Part shown: positions 1 to 13,511 of the stretch, in pieces
How the letters are laid out: each line of letters opens with the position of its first letter
Position numbering within the stretch: position 1 is the first letter of the stretch
Assembly: GCA_951406725.2 (NCBI GenBank)
Contig: OX597814.1
Location: 128,092,001-128,156,000 of the forward strand
Reading direction: 5' to 3'
DNA length: 64,000 nucleotides
Source: Octopus vulgaris
Taxonomy: Eukaryota
Notes under the pieces: generated by a model
Told to the model about the DNA's origin: nothing
Databases searched by the model: none
The model's input: only the letters and a program-made list of their open reading frames with translations
Translations under genes and position numbers: made by a program

Positions 1-739
1 GTCAGGCGGTACTGGCAATGACCTCGCTCGAATTTTTTTACACATGCCACCATCACAGGTGCCAGTAAGGCAACGTTGGTAACAATCACGCTCGAATGGT
101 GCCTTTTACATGCCAATGGCACGGAAGCCAGTTAGCCGCTCCGGCAATGATCACGCTTGGATGGTGCTCTTAGCACCCTACTAGCACGGGGCCAAGTTGA
201 TATAATGAAGGGCCAATCAAATGTATGGCTAATTTAATTGCTTATCCTCCTCCCCAAATTGTGACCTTGTGCTTATAGTAGATACAAAGATTTTTTTCAG
301 TCATTAGACTGTGACCATGCTGCGGCACCACCTTGAAGAATTTTTGTCAAATGAATCAACCCCAGCACATATATAAAGCATGGCACTTATTCCATCAGTA
401 TCTTTTGCTGAACTGCTAGGTTGCAGGGATGTAAACACACCAACACTGATTATCAATTGGTGGTGGAAAAGTACAAAAACACAGACACAGGTCACACACA
501 CACATAAATACAAAGGTACATACATGACAGGTTTCTTTCAGTTTTTGTCTACTAAATCCACTCAAAAGGTTTTGGTTGGCTTGAAGTAGGACTGAACTCA
601 GAGCCCTGTGATTGAGAAACAAATTTCTTAGCAAATAGTCATGCTTGCACCTTCATTCGTATAAACGAAGAATTTAAATATATTTCAATATAAATTATAT
701 TTCTTTATTTAACCTTTTTTTATTGTAAATTGTTATTAA

Positions 740-1062
740 ATTTTGTTGTGTCTGGGGAGAGTCATTTTCTTTTTGTGCCTTATAATTTAACACACATACT
801 GGTAAAATTTCCACTTATTCCTTGTTTTCCTAAACTTTTCGTTGCGTCTTGCAACCTTTTCAATAGTCAAAAGTATTGAAAAGGTTGCAAGATGTAACGA
901 AAATTTTAGGAAAATAAAAACAAGAAATAAGTGGAAATTTTATTGTGAGTGTGTTACATTATAAGGCACAAAAAGAAAATGACTCTCCCCAGACACAACA
1001 GAATATACTTCAACACATGAACTCATATAAAGAATCTTGCAAACCAAATCCCAAAACGAAAT
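740..1062. mobile_element. Fold-back element, ~125-bp arms, with 13-bp TSD-like duplication
   Basis: 740-866 is the reverse complement of 873-1004; tgttattaaattt at 731-743 and 1062-1074; second copy at 12125-12430. Confidence 0.85.
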
Positions 1063-1265
1063 GTTATTAAATTTGTTATTCATAATTAAATTTGTTACTG
1101 AATATCAGTAATCTGATATAATGCAAATATGACGTCCTGGAACTAAATAATGGTGGACTGCTATAAATATATATTGTAAATGAATAAATCGTAATCTGCG
1201 ATGAATATGGCATGTACTAGGACTGACTAACAGTAACCTATTGTAAATATGTGTTTTATTTGTAG

Positions 1266-1490
1266 GACAAGATGCCAATGTACAGTATGGGGCAGCGAAT
1301 GCCTTTGAAGCTTATATAGGGGAGATAACTCAGATGAACATCTATGACCAGGTTCTGAACGATTCCGAAGTGAAAGATATTGCCAATCAAGTGACTTGTA
1401 ACCAAAAATTTGGTAATGTGTTGACTTGGAGCGAATTTGCACTAAATGTAAAAGGAAATGTTACGATTAGACAGAATTCTTGGTGTCTTG
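1266..1490 (+). CDS. Gene A exon (first in window): C-terminal part of a pentraxin/LamG-like domain
   Basis: tgtag|GA...CTTG|gtaag, phase 1-1. Translates GQDANVQYGAANAFEAYIGEITQMNIYDQVLNDSEVKDIANQVTCNQKFGNVLTWSEFALNVKGNVTIRQNSWCL, matching the pentraxin pattern GQ..(F/Y)xGEIxQxNIxDxVL..C..GNVLxW. Not in the ORF track. Confidence 0.85.
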
Positions 1491-2463
1491 GTAAGAAAGA
1501 ATTTATTTAATTTCTTGTTTAGTATTGCCAAGTTTTAATTAGTATTGCTAATCTACATTATTTTAAGTGAAAACACAATGATACATTGCTCGACTTATGG
1601 ATGTATGTTGAAAACCAGGCACGGACGACCTGTTTTCGAGATGTGGGCCGCATAAAACATGGCTAATTATCTAGTGGTCTGCACTACCAAAACAATTCAG
1701 GGTAAATTTTCGTGAAGTGTACTGTTCAGAAAGTCTAACAGGCCGTAGTAGTTTTGATGAATTTTGAGAAACACAAATTTTTTTCAGGCAGCAAATAACC
1801 AAAGCATGCAGTTAATTTTATACTTCAATGGTTCTGCATGTGAAAGAATGTCCCTGAAATCAGGGAGCATCAAAAAGTTAACCGAGAAAAATCATGTGGT
1901 GAGGAAAAGACATTATTACTCATTGACGTTCTTTTCTTTCAGTAACAATGAGAGGCAACTCTTGACATGTTTTGGTCTTATTAGCCCTCTTCAACGAAGC
2001 AGGCGTCGTAGAACTTTCTAAAGTATGGATGAGGGAATCACTTAGTAAATGTACAATTTTGTATACTTATTGGCTTAGAAAAATAGAAACATTAAGAAAA
2101 TTATTTTAACTGAATAACGCCCCTCCACACGCACACACACACACAGACACTATTTGTAGTATTATATTTGCTGACTTAGTGTTATACAATTTGTAGGTTT
2201 ACAATAAATATATAATACCAGCCGTCAGCTATTAAACTAGTAATAAAAATTTACTAGTTCAATAGCTGACGGCTGGTATTATATATTTATTATTGTGAAA
2301 ATATGCAACTGTTACTTGTGCAACTAGTACTTAATTTATCGACCCCGAAAGGATGAAAGGCAAAGTTGACCTTGGCAGAATTTGAACTCAGAACATAGAA
2401 ACAGGCAAAATACCTCTAAGCATTTCGTCCAGTATGCTAATGACTCTGCCAGCTCACTGCTTT

Positions 2464-2473
2464 AATAATAATG

Positions 2474-2528
<55 letters not shown>

Positions 2529-2679
2529 AAATAATAATAATAATAATAATAATAATGAAAATAATAATAATAATAATAATAATAATGAAAATAATAATAA
2601 TGATAATAATAATAATAATAGTAATGAAAATAATAATAATGATAATAATGATAATATTAATAATAATAATAATAATGAA

Positions 2680-2711
<32 letters not shown>

Positions 2712-2781
2712 TAATAACAATAATAATAATAATGAAAATAATAATAATAATAATAATGAAAATAATAATAATAATAATGAA

Positions 2782-2830
<49 letters not shown>
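2464..2830 (+). repeat. Long imperfect (AAT)n microsatellite
   Basis: Direct reading; source of the poly-N/I/L/Y ORFs. Similar tracts at 3369-3450, 47040-47140, 57753-57855, 59420-59495. Confidence 0.97.
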
Positions 2831-3367
2831 GGCAGTGGCTCTCATTGCTTCTGATCTTAACTGATTAGAAGTGTTATCATGTACATTGTTCTGTCTTGGT
2901 ATAAAAGATGGGCTACAGCAAATATTCTGTTCAATACCACAGATTTGCTTGTCAGTTGTTTGACCTTAACCAGTTCAGCATGTTCCTTAGTGGCTGACGA
3001 TATGTGCATCTCTGATCATGAGCAGAAGTAGTGGGGGAGCATCATAGCCATGTGTTGAGAGGGATTCTTTGAGGTTTGAATAATTCACCTCTGGAAACAT
3101 TGGTGTTTCATTCAACATCCTTAAACAACCCTTATTCAGGGACCTTTTGAGCAGGATGGGTTACTCGACCTGAAGAAAATTCTAAGTGGGCCCCACCTGC
3201 AAGGTCATGTGCTGTTTATCTTGATATGAGATCACCATGTCGCGCACATATGGTTGTGATGCATGTGCCTAGTGTACCCTTATCAGACGGGTAGTCATGA
3301 TGGGTATACTGGGCTTCGTATATTTTACCCCAGTGTCACTTTGATGGCATGCACTGCTCTCTCACTC

Positions 3368-3417
<50 letters not shown>

Positions 3418-3764
3418 AAGTAATAATAATAATAATGATAATAATAATAATCCTTTTTAATTCTGGCACAAGGCCTGAAATTTTGCAATAGGGGATTAGT
3501 CAATTACATTGACCTCAGTGCTCAACTGGTAACTATTTCATTGACACCCACAAAAAAAAGGATGAAGTCTATCTCAGCAGAATTTGAACTCAGAACATAA
3601 AGATGGACAATGTGCTAAGCAGCATTTTGTCCCACTAGCTTGTCACCTTCAATATTAACAGAAAGCTTATTGTATATAGTGTATAGGTGGCTGGTGTATT
3701 TAAGGACTATCTGAATAATGAAGGGTTATGTGTTGGTAGAATATTTGAATATTGGGGAAAGTAA

Positions 3765-4435
3765 ATGCAGTGAGCTGGCAGAAACGTTAGCATGCTGGGT
3801 GAAATGCTTGGTGGTATTTCGTCTGCCATTACGTTCTGAGTTCAAATTCCACCGAGGTCGACTTTGCCTTTCATCCTTTCAGGGTCGATAAATTAGGTAC
3901 CAGTCAAGTACTGGCGTCGATCTAATCGACTTAATCCCTTTGTCTGTCCTTGTTTGTCCCCGCTATGTTTAGCCCCTTATGGGCAATAAAGAAATAAGAA
4001 ATGTTAGTACACCAGACGAAATGCTTAGCAGTATTTCGTCTGCCATTACGCTCTGAGTTCAAATTCCACCGAGGTCAACTTTGCCTTTCATCCTTTCGGG
4101 GTCAGTAAATTAAGTACCAGTCAAGAACTGGCGTTGATCTAATCGACTTAATCCCTTTGTCTGTCCTTGTTTGTCCCCTCTATGTTTAGCCCCTTGTGGG
4201 CAATAAAGAAATAAGAAATGTTAGTACACCGGACGAAATGCTTAGTGGTATTTCGTCTGCCGTTACGTTCTGAGTTCAAATTCCGCCGAGGTCAACTTTG
4301 CCTTTCATCCTTTCGGGGTCAGTAAATTAAGTACCAGTCAAGAACTGGCGTTGATCTAATCGACTTAATCCCTTTGCTTGTCCTTGTTTGTCCCCTCTAT
4401 GTTTAGCCCCTTGTGGGCAATAAAGAAATAAGAAA
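3765..4435 (+). repeat. Three head-to-tail copies of SINE family A (~217-bp unit)
   Basis: Units restart at ~3998 and ~4215, joined through the shared agaaa sequence. Confidence 0.9.
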
Positions 4436-4545
4436 TATCTGAAATATTTGTTTCATTTGTGACATTTGAATCTGACATCTCAGCAATCTGACAACTCCCT
4501 AAAAGAAAATCTTATGTCTAATTACTGATTTTTCTGTTTTTGCAG

Positions 4546-4773
4546 ATATTAATGAATGCTTGTTCCCTGAAGTGTTTCCATGTACTCCACCCATGCTTTG
4601 TAATGACACTCTTAAAAGTTATGAGTGTATTAGCTGTATCTATGGTTACGAAGGTCCTAAATGTGATAAAAGCATTGATGAGTGTCTCCTTGGTGTTTGC
4701 CTCAATGGTGCCAGCTGCATTGATGGGCCCAATCCATATGATTATGTCTGTACCTGTGCTCCTAACTTTGTGG
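4546..4773 (+). CDS. Gene A exon: two EGF-like repeats (Ca-binding type DINEC/IDEC)
   Basis: ttgcag|AT...GTGG|gtatgt, phase 1-1; DINECLFPEVFPC...CDKSIDECLLGVCLNGASC...YVCTCAPNFVG. Confidence 0.92.
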
Positions 4774-5004
4774 GTATGTCTATAGATTCTCTTTTTGTAT
4801 TATCTTTTTCTTTTTTATTTGTTTCAGTCATTGAGCTATGACCATGCTGGAGCACTAGTTTGAAGGGTTTTGTTAAACAAATTGTCCACAGTGCTTATTT
4901 TTAAACCCGGTACTTATTCTGTCAGTATCCATTTGCCAAACTACTAAGTTATGGGGATATAAACAAACTAACATTGCTTGTCAAGCATAGACATGCACAC
5001 ACAC

Positions 5005-5064
<60 letters not shown>

Positions 5065-6640
5065 CTTTCACATAGTGTCTGTCTAACAATTTCCCTCACA
5101 AGCCATTGGTTGACCTAGGGCTTTGTAGAAGTCACTTGCTCAGAGTGCCATGCTGTGGGACTGAACTGATAACCACGTGGTTGCAAATTGAGCTTCTAAA
5201 ACCACACACCCATGCCTACTATTTCAAACACAGCAAAAATTTGATGGATACCAAAATATGTGCCCTCTTAAGGCATGGGTACACTGAACAATTACCTGGA
5301 GGCTCCAAGGGTTTAGGAATCCAATACCAATCCTATAAATGCTGCTATTATGTGTGAAGAGGGCCCTAACACTGGTAGTAGGAATGAACTTAAAATGTTA
5401 ATATGACTGTGGTCATAATCTGGAAGTCAAATTTTTCAGCCATTTTAAAACTGGGTCCATTCATCAAAACAATCAATTATACATTGTTAATTAGAGAGCA
5501 GGTTAATTACAACATTTGTTTGCTACACAACAAAATAACATAATCTTCAGTCCTATAAAACTTCAATTACATAATTATTGTACCTCCACATCATCACTAT
5601 TTTCATTTCTCCGCCCAGCTTCACCTTGGTTATTACCATCCACTCCCATATAACACAAACAGCCATGTGCATCCTCTATGGCAAGAAACCTGTTCAGGCC
5701 CTTCTTTTCTTTCCTACTTTAATCCCTCATTGTCTTGCATAAGTCTACCTCCTCTCGACTGAAATTCCACTCAATCAAAAAGGGAGCTTAGTCTTGTGAG
5801 CTACATGATGATCTCACGAGATGCTACGAGAAAAGTACCCACTACACTTTGTAATGGGATGGCATTAGGAAGGGCATCCAACCACACAATCCATTCCAAA
5901 GTAGATACTGGAGTATGAAGCAGTCCCCGGACACATTGAATTCTGTCAAATCATTTAACCCATACTAGCACAGACATTAAAAGAAGTTGATAGTAATGAG
6001 GGTGATGTTGATGATGATGACTGTACTACCTACAGCAGTTTGGGAGGCCCATGGCCTAGTAGTTAGAGCAGCAGACTCGTGGTCGAGGGATCGCAGGTTC
6101 GAATCTCAGACCGGGCGATGTGTGTGTTTATGAGTGAAACACCTAAGCTCTGGCAGAAGGTAATGGTGAACTTCTGCTGACTCTTTTGCCATAACTTTCT
6201 CTCACTCTTTCCACCTGCATCTTGCAGCTCACCTGCGATGGACCGGTGTCCCGTCCAGGTGGGGAACCTATACACCAAGGAAACTGAGAAACTGGGCCTT
6301 ATGAGCCAGGCATGGCTCAAGAAGGAACAAACAAACAACTACTACAGTAGCAGATATGCTGTGCTTCAAAGCTTCTCACACTGTTAGTTACTGTAATACT
6401 TTTTATATACTTTTAGCATACTTCAAAAATAATAATTTTTAATGCAAATTTAAATGCAAACATTTTGATTCCTGATGTGAACAGTGCTTTAGATTTCTTC
6501 CTTGGATATTACATTTGATTTGCTTTTTGAAGTTTAGAGTATTGCAATTCTTTCAATGGTTTTCAGACACTAATACTAATGTTACTGATTCATAGTGGAA
6601 TGTTTATCAGCTGAGCTCAATTGTTTTCATGTTATTTCAG

Positions 6641-6925
6641 GGAGAACTTGTGCAGATGAATTGAAAGATTGCACTGATGTTGGCAAATGTCATCCATCCG
6701 AAAGGTGTATTACTGATGGTAACAAATTCTACTGCCAGAAGAGTGGTCATACTACTATTGACTCTCCAACCATTGACTGTTCTAAGGAGAATCCTTGCAA
6801 AAATGGTGGAACCTGTGTGGCTGATACAAACCCTAACAGATGTAAATGTACCTCCAAGTTTAAGGGAAAGTATTGTGATGTTGCATTTCAGCCAACATGT
6901 AAACTCTCACCTTGTCTGAATGGTG
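6641..6925 (+). CDS. Gene A exon: EGF-like repeats
   Basis: tttcag|GG...GGTG|gtaag, phase 1-1; ...CSKENPCKNGGTC...CKCTSKFKGKYC...CKLSPCLNG. Confidence 0.92.
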
Positions 6926-6937
6926 GTAAGTATATTT

Positions 6938-7325
6938 TACTAGCAGTATCGCTCAGCATTGCTCGGGTTTGTTTTGGCCCTTTAGAATTGGAATTTTTGA
7001 AAAGTAAAAATTTCGCATTATGTAGCTTGTTATTCTCTTTAAGTGAACATTTTTCTGGTTGAAATACATCGAAAAATGGCGACACAGCAGTAAAAAAATC
7101 GTAAAAAAAAGGGATTTTCATAGAAAAAAAGCACCTTTTTGATGTAAATGATTTTTGGTGTTCACAAGGTCCGATTTGAATTTTTTCTTCTACGGAAGGA
7201 AGAGCAAGCCTTCTTCTATCATACTCTCAATTTTGGTTAACGCAGGGTCTCGGAGGAGATAGTGTTAGTTGAAGGCTACCAAAGCTGCCATACACAGACA
7301 ACTTCAGCTTTATATATAGAGAGAT
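6938..7325 (+). mobile_element. Non-autonomous Helentron/DINE-like element
   Basis: 5' actag...gctcagcattgctcggg hairpin-like start and 3' acagaca...ctttatatatagagagat end in a T-rich site; family assignment is by resemblance only. Confidence 0.5.
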
Positions 7326-8299
7326 TTATTACTTCCTTGTAGGTTTGTTTTTTCATTTCAGTTAACAGTATTTGTCTATTTATACTGACTGGAAATACAG
7401 ACGTCTAAACTATCATTACTCTGATGCAAAAACTTATACCATAATCATGCATTATTTTTTTAAATGATTTTATTTGATTGTTTCTAAGTTTTGTGTAATT
7501 AATTGTAACCTCAGTCATTACTACAGTGTGTGACAACCCTGCCTTACAATGTGCACCAAATCCAACTGGCTCTGGCTGACAGTAACCTGCATTAGACCAA
7601 TATCCAGTGTTATAGTTCCACATTGTGGTTATATAATTAAGAAGTTCACTTGCCATCTACACGGTCTTAAATTCAGTCCCACTGTGCAGCACTTTGAGCA
7701 AATGTCTTCAACTACAGCCTCAAGCCAATTAAAGCCTTATGAGTGGATTTGATAGATGAAAATTAAAAGTTTTTCATGTGTGTATATATATATAGAGATC
7801 TAATATAGGATAAAATTTTCGAAAAAATTTTATCAGTGGCCAGCATATTAAAAAAATACCTTTAAAGGTTAAATTTCTAAACAACTTATAATAAGGGCAA
7901 AAGAAAAAATTCCAATGCCAAATATGCCAAAAATAGACTTAATCGTCAATAACCATATAATTTATCACTATAAGCACACATCACGAAAGCAAGCCGATAG
8001 AAATTTCTAAAAAATTTTGTTATTATCGGATCGGTCCCAATTTCTGAGTTAATTCATTTAGAATTTTCTTGTCATCAGTGATAAATATAAGAAAATAAAT
8101 GAGATACTTACTTGTACCCATGGCATTGGAATTTTTTTCTTTTGCCCTTGTTTATAAGTTGTGTATATATATATATATATATATTGAATGCCTTCAAATT
8201 CATATTACTACAAAGATAATGTCATGTCACTCATTATTCTATGGTGAGTAGAAGCTAAGACTAAGACATCTCCAAGTTTAGTCAGCTTTGTCGGGTACC

Positions 8300-8895
8300 A
8301 TAACTTAGTGGTATGACCTTCAACCGTTGGGCCTCACAGAGGCAATGACGAAAGACCGAAACTGCTGGAGATATGCTGTGACTGCAAAGACCCGACAAAT
8401 GAAGTGAGTTCATGGCTCGCTGGATGGCCTGCTGTGCTTACCTTGGATCGTAGGGCAACCTGCTGTGCTTGAGGAGACCTATTGAGTCAGGTACATCAAC
8501 ATCAACATCAAAATAAAAATCAAATGGAAATTGTAGTTGTGATACCCATGCTGGTGGCACATAAAAAGCACCATCCGAACGTAGCCGATGCCAGTGCTGC
8601 CTTGACTGGCGTCTGTGCCAGTGGCATGTAAAAAGCACAAAGTGATCATGGCCATTGCCAGCCTCCTCTGACCCCTGTTCCAGTGGCACGTGAAAAGCAC
8701 CCACTACACCTACAGAGTGGTTGGTGTTAGGAAGGGCATCAAGCTGTAGAAACACTGCCAGATCAGATTGGAGTCTGGTGCAGCCTCCTGGCTTCCCAGA
8801 CTCTGGTCAAACCGCCCAACCCATGCTAGCATGGAAAACGGACGTTAAACGATGATGATGATGAGGATGATGATGATGAGGATGATGATGATGAT
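8300..8895 (+). mobile_element. RTE-like LINE 3' end and 3'UTR with (GAT)n tail (family C type copy)
   Basis: LGLTEAMTKDRNCWRYAV (DRxxWR) then ~50-bp subrepeats and ...ggaagggcatc...catgctagcatggaaaacggacgttaaacgatgatgat. Other copies at ~1-190, 13560-13895, 15790-16270, 18110-18810, 25900-26250(-), 38430-38815, 39180-39420(-), 42960-43410(-), 44580-45150(-), 62300-62740(-). Confidence 0.65.
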
Positions 8896-8951
8896 CTACA
8901 TCATGTTAAATGTAGGATAATACAATAAGATATATTTGCTTTTGTTTCTAG

Positions 8952-9182
8952 GTACATGTGTTCCACTAACCAACCACAATCTCAATCAGGGTTACAAATG
9001 CATCTGTCCACAGCGCATCAATGGTTCTGTTGTAGATTTGGATGACAACTGTGCTTTACAAAATCCATGTGATTCCTATCCATGTCAAAATAAGGGTATA
9101 TGTCTAAGTTCTAAAGAGGATGGATTCAAATGCGAATGTGCTGATTACTTTAAGGGAAAATATTGTCAGAAGCTCACACCAG
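8952..9182 (+). CDS. Gene A exon: EGF-like repeats
   Basis: ttctag|GT...CCAG|gtaag, phase 1-1; completes the EGF begun in the previous exon (GTC..YKCICP..C) and adds NPCDSYPCQNKGIC..FKCEC..GKYC. Confidence 0.92.
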
Positions 9183-12124
9183 GTAAGATGTGTTAAAAAT
9201 AAATGTGTTATATTGAAGTATGTGTATATGCATATATGTATGTATGCGTGTGTGTGTGCATGTGTGTGTGTATCTGTATGTCTGTTTATTTGTTTGTCAG
9301 CCTGTCATTTTTGTATTTGGTTTGTAAGATTCTTGATGTGAACCTGTGTATTGAGTCAAAGATTTTTCTTATCTTGGTGGGAGGTGGGAGGGTCATTATG
9401 CCAATAATAAACACACATACTGGCTCTATTTCACTTCTTTTATTATTATTAGTCCATTGGTTAACTATTTAATCAATTGTTTGATGAATATGGAGTAGAG
9501 ATGGTAGGTCATTGGCAAAGTTACAAATGGCAACAAATGGACTTTGACAAACCTAGCTGAATGATTCACTAAACAATTTATTGAACAGTTGATTAGTTAA
9601 TTAATTAAATAGCAAACCAATTAATAATAAAAGAAGTGAAATAGAACCAGTGTATGTATTTATCATTGGCATAATGATCCTCCAGAAATACAACAGAATA
9701 TATATATATTCTGCTGTATTTCAGACGATTATAGGTCCTTGTTAGTGTATTTGTTTTCATTCATGTGTGTTAATTACAGCATTAGAGCAGTTTAGCTCTT
9801 ATTTCTAGCAAAGTAGGTGTTTCCTAACATCCTGGTTGCATTTAGTGACATTTGGTGAAACATAGAAATCTGTTGTTCATGTTATTTTTTATATGTATAT
9901 ATGGTGCAGCCCCTCAGCTTATCAGCTCCGGTCAAACCAGCCAACTAATACCAGTATGGCCAACAGACGTTAAATGATGATGATGATGATGATGATGATG
10001 ATATATACATCTGTGTGTTCAGCATTGTTGATTTTGATGTTCTTCCTTCCATTATAGTCTTTCAATGTTCTTCCATTCTAACCCTTAGACACAGTCCAGT
10101 TTACCTTACTCTTTTACTTGTTTCAGTCATTTGACTGTGGTCATGCTGGAGCACCGCCTTTAGTCGAGCAAATCGACCCCAGGACTTATTCTTTGTAAGC
10201 CTAGTACTTATTCTATCGGTCTCTTTTGCCGAACTAAGTTACGGTACGGGGGCATAAAAACACCAGCATCGGTTGTCAAGCAATGTTGGGGGGACAAAAA
10301 ACATATACACACACGTACATATATGCATATATACATATATACGATGGGCTTCTTTCAGTTTCCTTCTACCAAATTCACTCACAAGGCTTTGGTCGGCCCG
10401 AGGCTATAGTAGAAGACACTTGTCCAAGCTGCCACGCAGTGGGACTGAACCCAGAACCATGTGGTTGGTAAGCAAGCTACTTACCATGCAGCCACTCCTA
10501 CACCTATAAAAGAAAGGCAAAATCAAGCTCGGTGGAATTTGAACTCAGAATGAAAAGGCAGACGAAATACCGATAAGCATTTTGCCCAGCATGCTAACGC
10601 TTTTGCCAACTTGCTGCGTCTGAAAATACAGGAAATGGTATACATGCTGTTCTTTAGTCCATACCATTCTTGAGTAGGTTTTACTCCAGTAGGGAAAATG
10701 GGAAGTGCATTTGTGCTCCAGAGCATTATTCTGATTTTGTACATTCTGTAAATGTTTTCTGTCAAATATTTAATGTTAGGGTCACAATAGATCTTGATTT
10801 TATTTCTAATTTAAGTTTGAAACTGGATCCGGGTCGTTTATGATGGCATCTTTTATTTTTTACTTGTTTCATCTATTGGAGTGTGGCCATGCTGGAGCAC
10901 CACCTTATAAGGCTTTGTTAAACAAATCAACACCAGGACACCAAGCCACAGGGATGCAAACAGACTAACATTGGTTATCAAGCAGTCATAGGACAAATAC
11001 AAAATATACATTTGTGTGTGTGTGTGTGTATACATATATCCATATGTATATATATGCATATGTATATTCATATATGTATGTGTATATACATGTATGCATA
11101 TATATGTGTGTCCAGGTGTGCATGCTGTATGTGTATGCATATATGTATATATGTGTGTATATATATGTATATATAGAAAAATAAATAAACGGAGTTAAAC
11201 GCAGGTGTTATTCAAATCTTTTTACATCTGACATATGTTTCGAAGGAAACATTGGTATTATTCCAGGAGGAATAAAATGGTGTAAAACAATGCAATCTTC
11301 TCATCAGGGAAAGAAAGAAACCGAATGCATCAATAAGACATTTTAACAGGATGTGATGACTGCGTACATGATAAAGGGAACGGTAGCAAATTTTTTTAAA
11401 AACCGTTAGTAGATACAACGTCAAGGTGGTTTATAGAAAGAGAAGGAGGAGAAAGAAAGAAATTAGCAGCAAACTAATAGTGGAGAGATATAGAGTGATA
11501 GGTGAATTAGAATAAAGCTTAAAGGGATGGAAGTAGATATATTTAGTGGAAGTGAAAGCAAGAAAACAGTCAAAGGTTGAATTTTATAGAATGGTATCGC
11601 TTATATCTCTCCACTATTAGTTTTCTGCTAGTTGTTTTACACCATTTTATTCCTTCTGGAATAATAACAATGTTTTGTTTGAAACATATGTCGGAAGTAA
11701 AAAGATTTGAATAACACCTGCATTTAACTCCATCTATTTATTTCTCTATGTGATACAAAAACATTTCACCTAAACCTGGAGTTTCTACAATTATAAGTAG
11801 GCTGTTACATCCTTGGTACTTGTGTGAATTTTCGCTACCCTGGTAACTATTTATTTATTTTTTCCATGTTATTTGTAAACACTGAAAAAACACACTTGCA
11901 TTTTTATATGTATAGATATATATATGTGTACACATGCACAAACACACACACACATACACATGTATAAGGGATTGCCACATAATTTGTACCAAAGTCATTC
12001 ATAAGGTGAAGATAGCATGCGTTAGCACTGAACTTGAAATCATGTGGTTGCAAACCAATTTCCTTAACCACACAGCCATGCCTGCTCCTATGCATATTTA
12101 TTTCTCAAGAACATAGATTTATAT

Positions 12125-12430
12125 TTCGTTTTTGGATTTGGTTTGCAAGATTCTTTATATGAGTTCTTGTGTTGAAGCATATTCTGTTGTGTCTGGGGAT
12201 AGTCATTTTCTTTTTGTGCCTTATAATGTAACACACTCACCAGTAAAATTTCCACTTATTTCTTATTTTTATTTTCCTAAAATTTTTGTTGCGTCAAGAC
12301 TATTGAAAAGGTTGCAAGACGCAACGAAAATTTTAGTAAAATAAAAATAAGAAATAAGTGGAAATCTTACCGGTGGGCGTGTTACATTATAAGGCACAAA
12401 AAGAAAATGACTCTCCCCAGACACAACAGA
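12125..12430. mobile_element. Second copy of the 740-1062 fold-back element, opposite polarity
   Basis: Same arms; TSD atagatttatatt at 12113-12125 and 12431-12443. Confidence 0.85.
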
Positions 12431-12578
12431 ATAGATTTATATTCTTACTTGAATTCATTAGTACGGATTAATTTGCAATTTGCCTACAAATTACTGTAGA
12501 GTTAGCTACTTGGAAGCATTAGTTTCCATTCTCAGAAACATAAAATATAATATTTTTCTTAATGTTTCTATTTTGCAG

Positions 12579-12710
12579 AATCTCTAAAATGTGATGATAA
12601 TATGATATGTCACAACTCTGGTACCTGTGTTAGACGCAATATGACTGCATATGACTGTAAATGTACTTTTAGGTACACAGGAAAATTATGTGAAACTCGT
12701 AAAAAACAAG
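12579..12710 (+). CDS. Gene A exon: single EGF-like repeat
   Basis: ttgcag|AA...CAAG|gtaag, phase 1-1; ESLKCDDNMICHNSGTCVRRNMTAYDCKCTFRYTGKLCETRKKQ. Confidence 0.9.
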
Positions 12711-12876
12711 GTAAGCACTGTCAAATACTTTGAACAAAAATTATATAGGCGTAGCTGTGTGGTTCTGGGTTCAGTTCCACTGCATGATACCTTGGGTAAG
12801 TGTCCTCTGCTATAGCCTTAGGCTGACCAAAGCTTTGTGAGTGGATTTGGTAGATGGAAACTGAAAGAAGCCTGTC

Positions 12877-12909
<33 letters not shown>

Positions 12910-12954
12910 TATATATAAGTCTAAGATCAATATTTAAAAATCGATCTTATCAAG

Positions 12955-13009
<55 letters not shown>

Positions 13010-13449
13010 ATGTATATATATATATATATATGTATATATATAAAACTGTATATGTTTGTGTTTGTTCCCCCACCACCATTGCTTGACAACCGATGTTGGT
13101 GTGTTTGCGTCCCCGTAACTTAGCAGTTCAGCAAAAGAGACTGATAGAATAAGTAGTAGGCTTACAAAGAATAAGTCCTACGGTCGATTTGTTTGAATAA
13201 AGGTGGTGATCCAGCATGGCTGCAGTCTAATGATTGAAACAAATGAAAGAATAAATGAGATCAATAAAACTATATACCTGTAATATCACCAGATTGATTC
13301 AATCAATTCAATAGGCTTTTCTATAAATTTGACTCTACGTTCAGTATTGAGACACCCTATTTATAAATATTCCAGTGTTATTCTTAAAACAGCCATAAAA
13401 TAATAACATGTATTTAATACATATGCATGTACATGTGTGTGTGATGTAA

Positions 13450-13511
<62 letters not shown>

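Noticed and set aside
2434-2868. Poly-Asn/Ile/Leu/Tyr ORFs and the many [12 protein letters not shown] ORFs
   Set aside because: Translations of (AAT)n, (TA)n, (TG)n and (TAGA)n microsatellites; no splice or domain support
6045-6120. tRNA-like sequences at SINE heads (also 17124, 26259, 35487)
   Set aside because: A/B boxes are present but acceptor stems are incomplete and each continues into a SINE body; not called as tRNA genes
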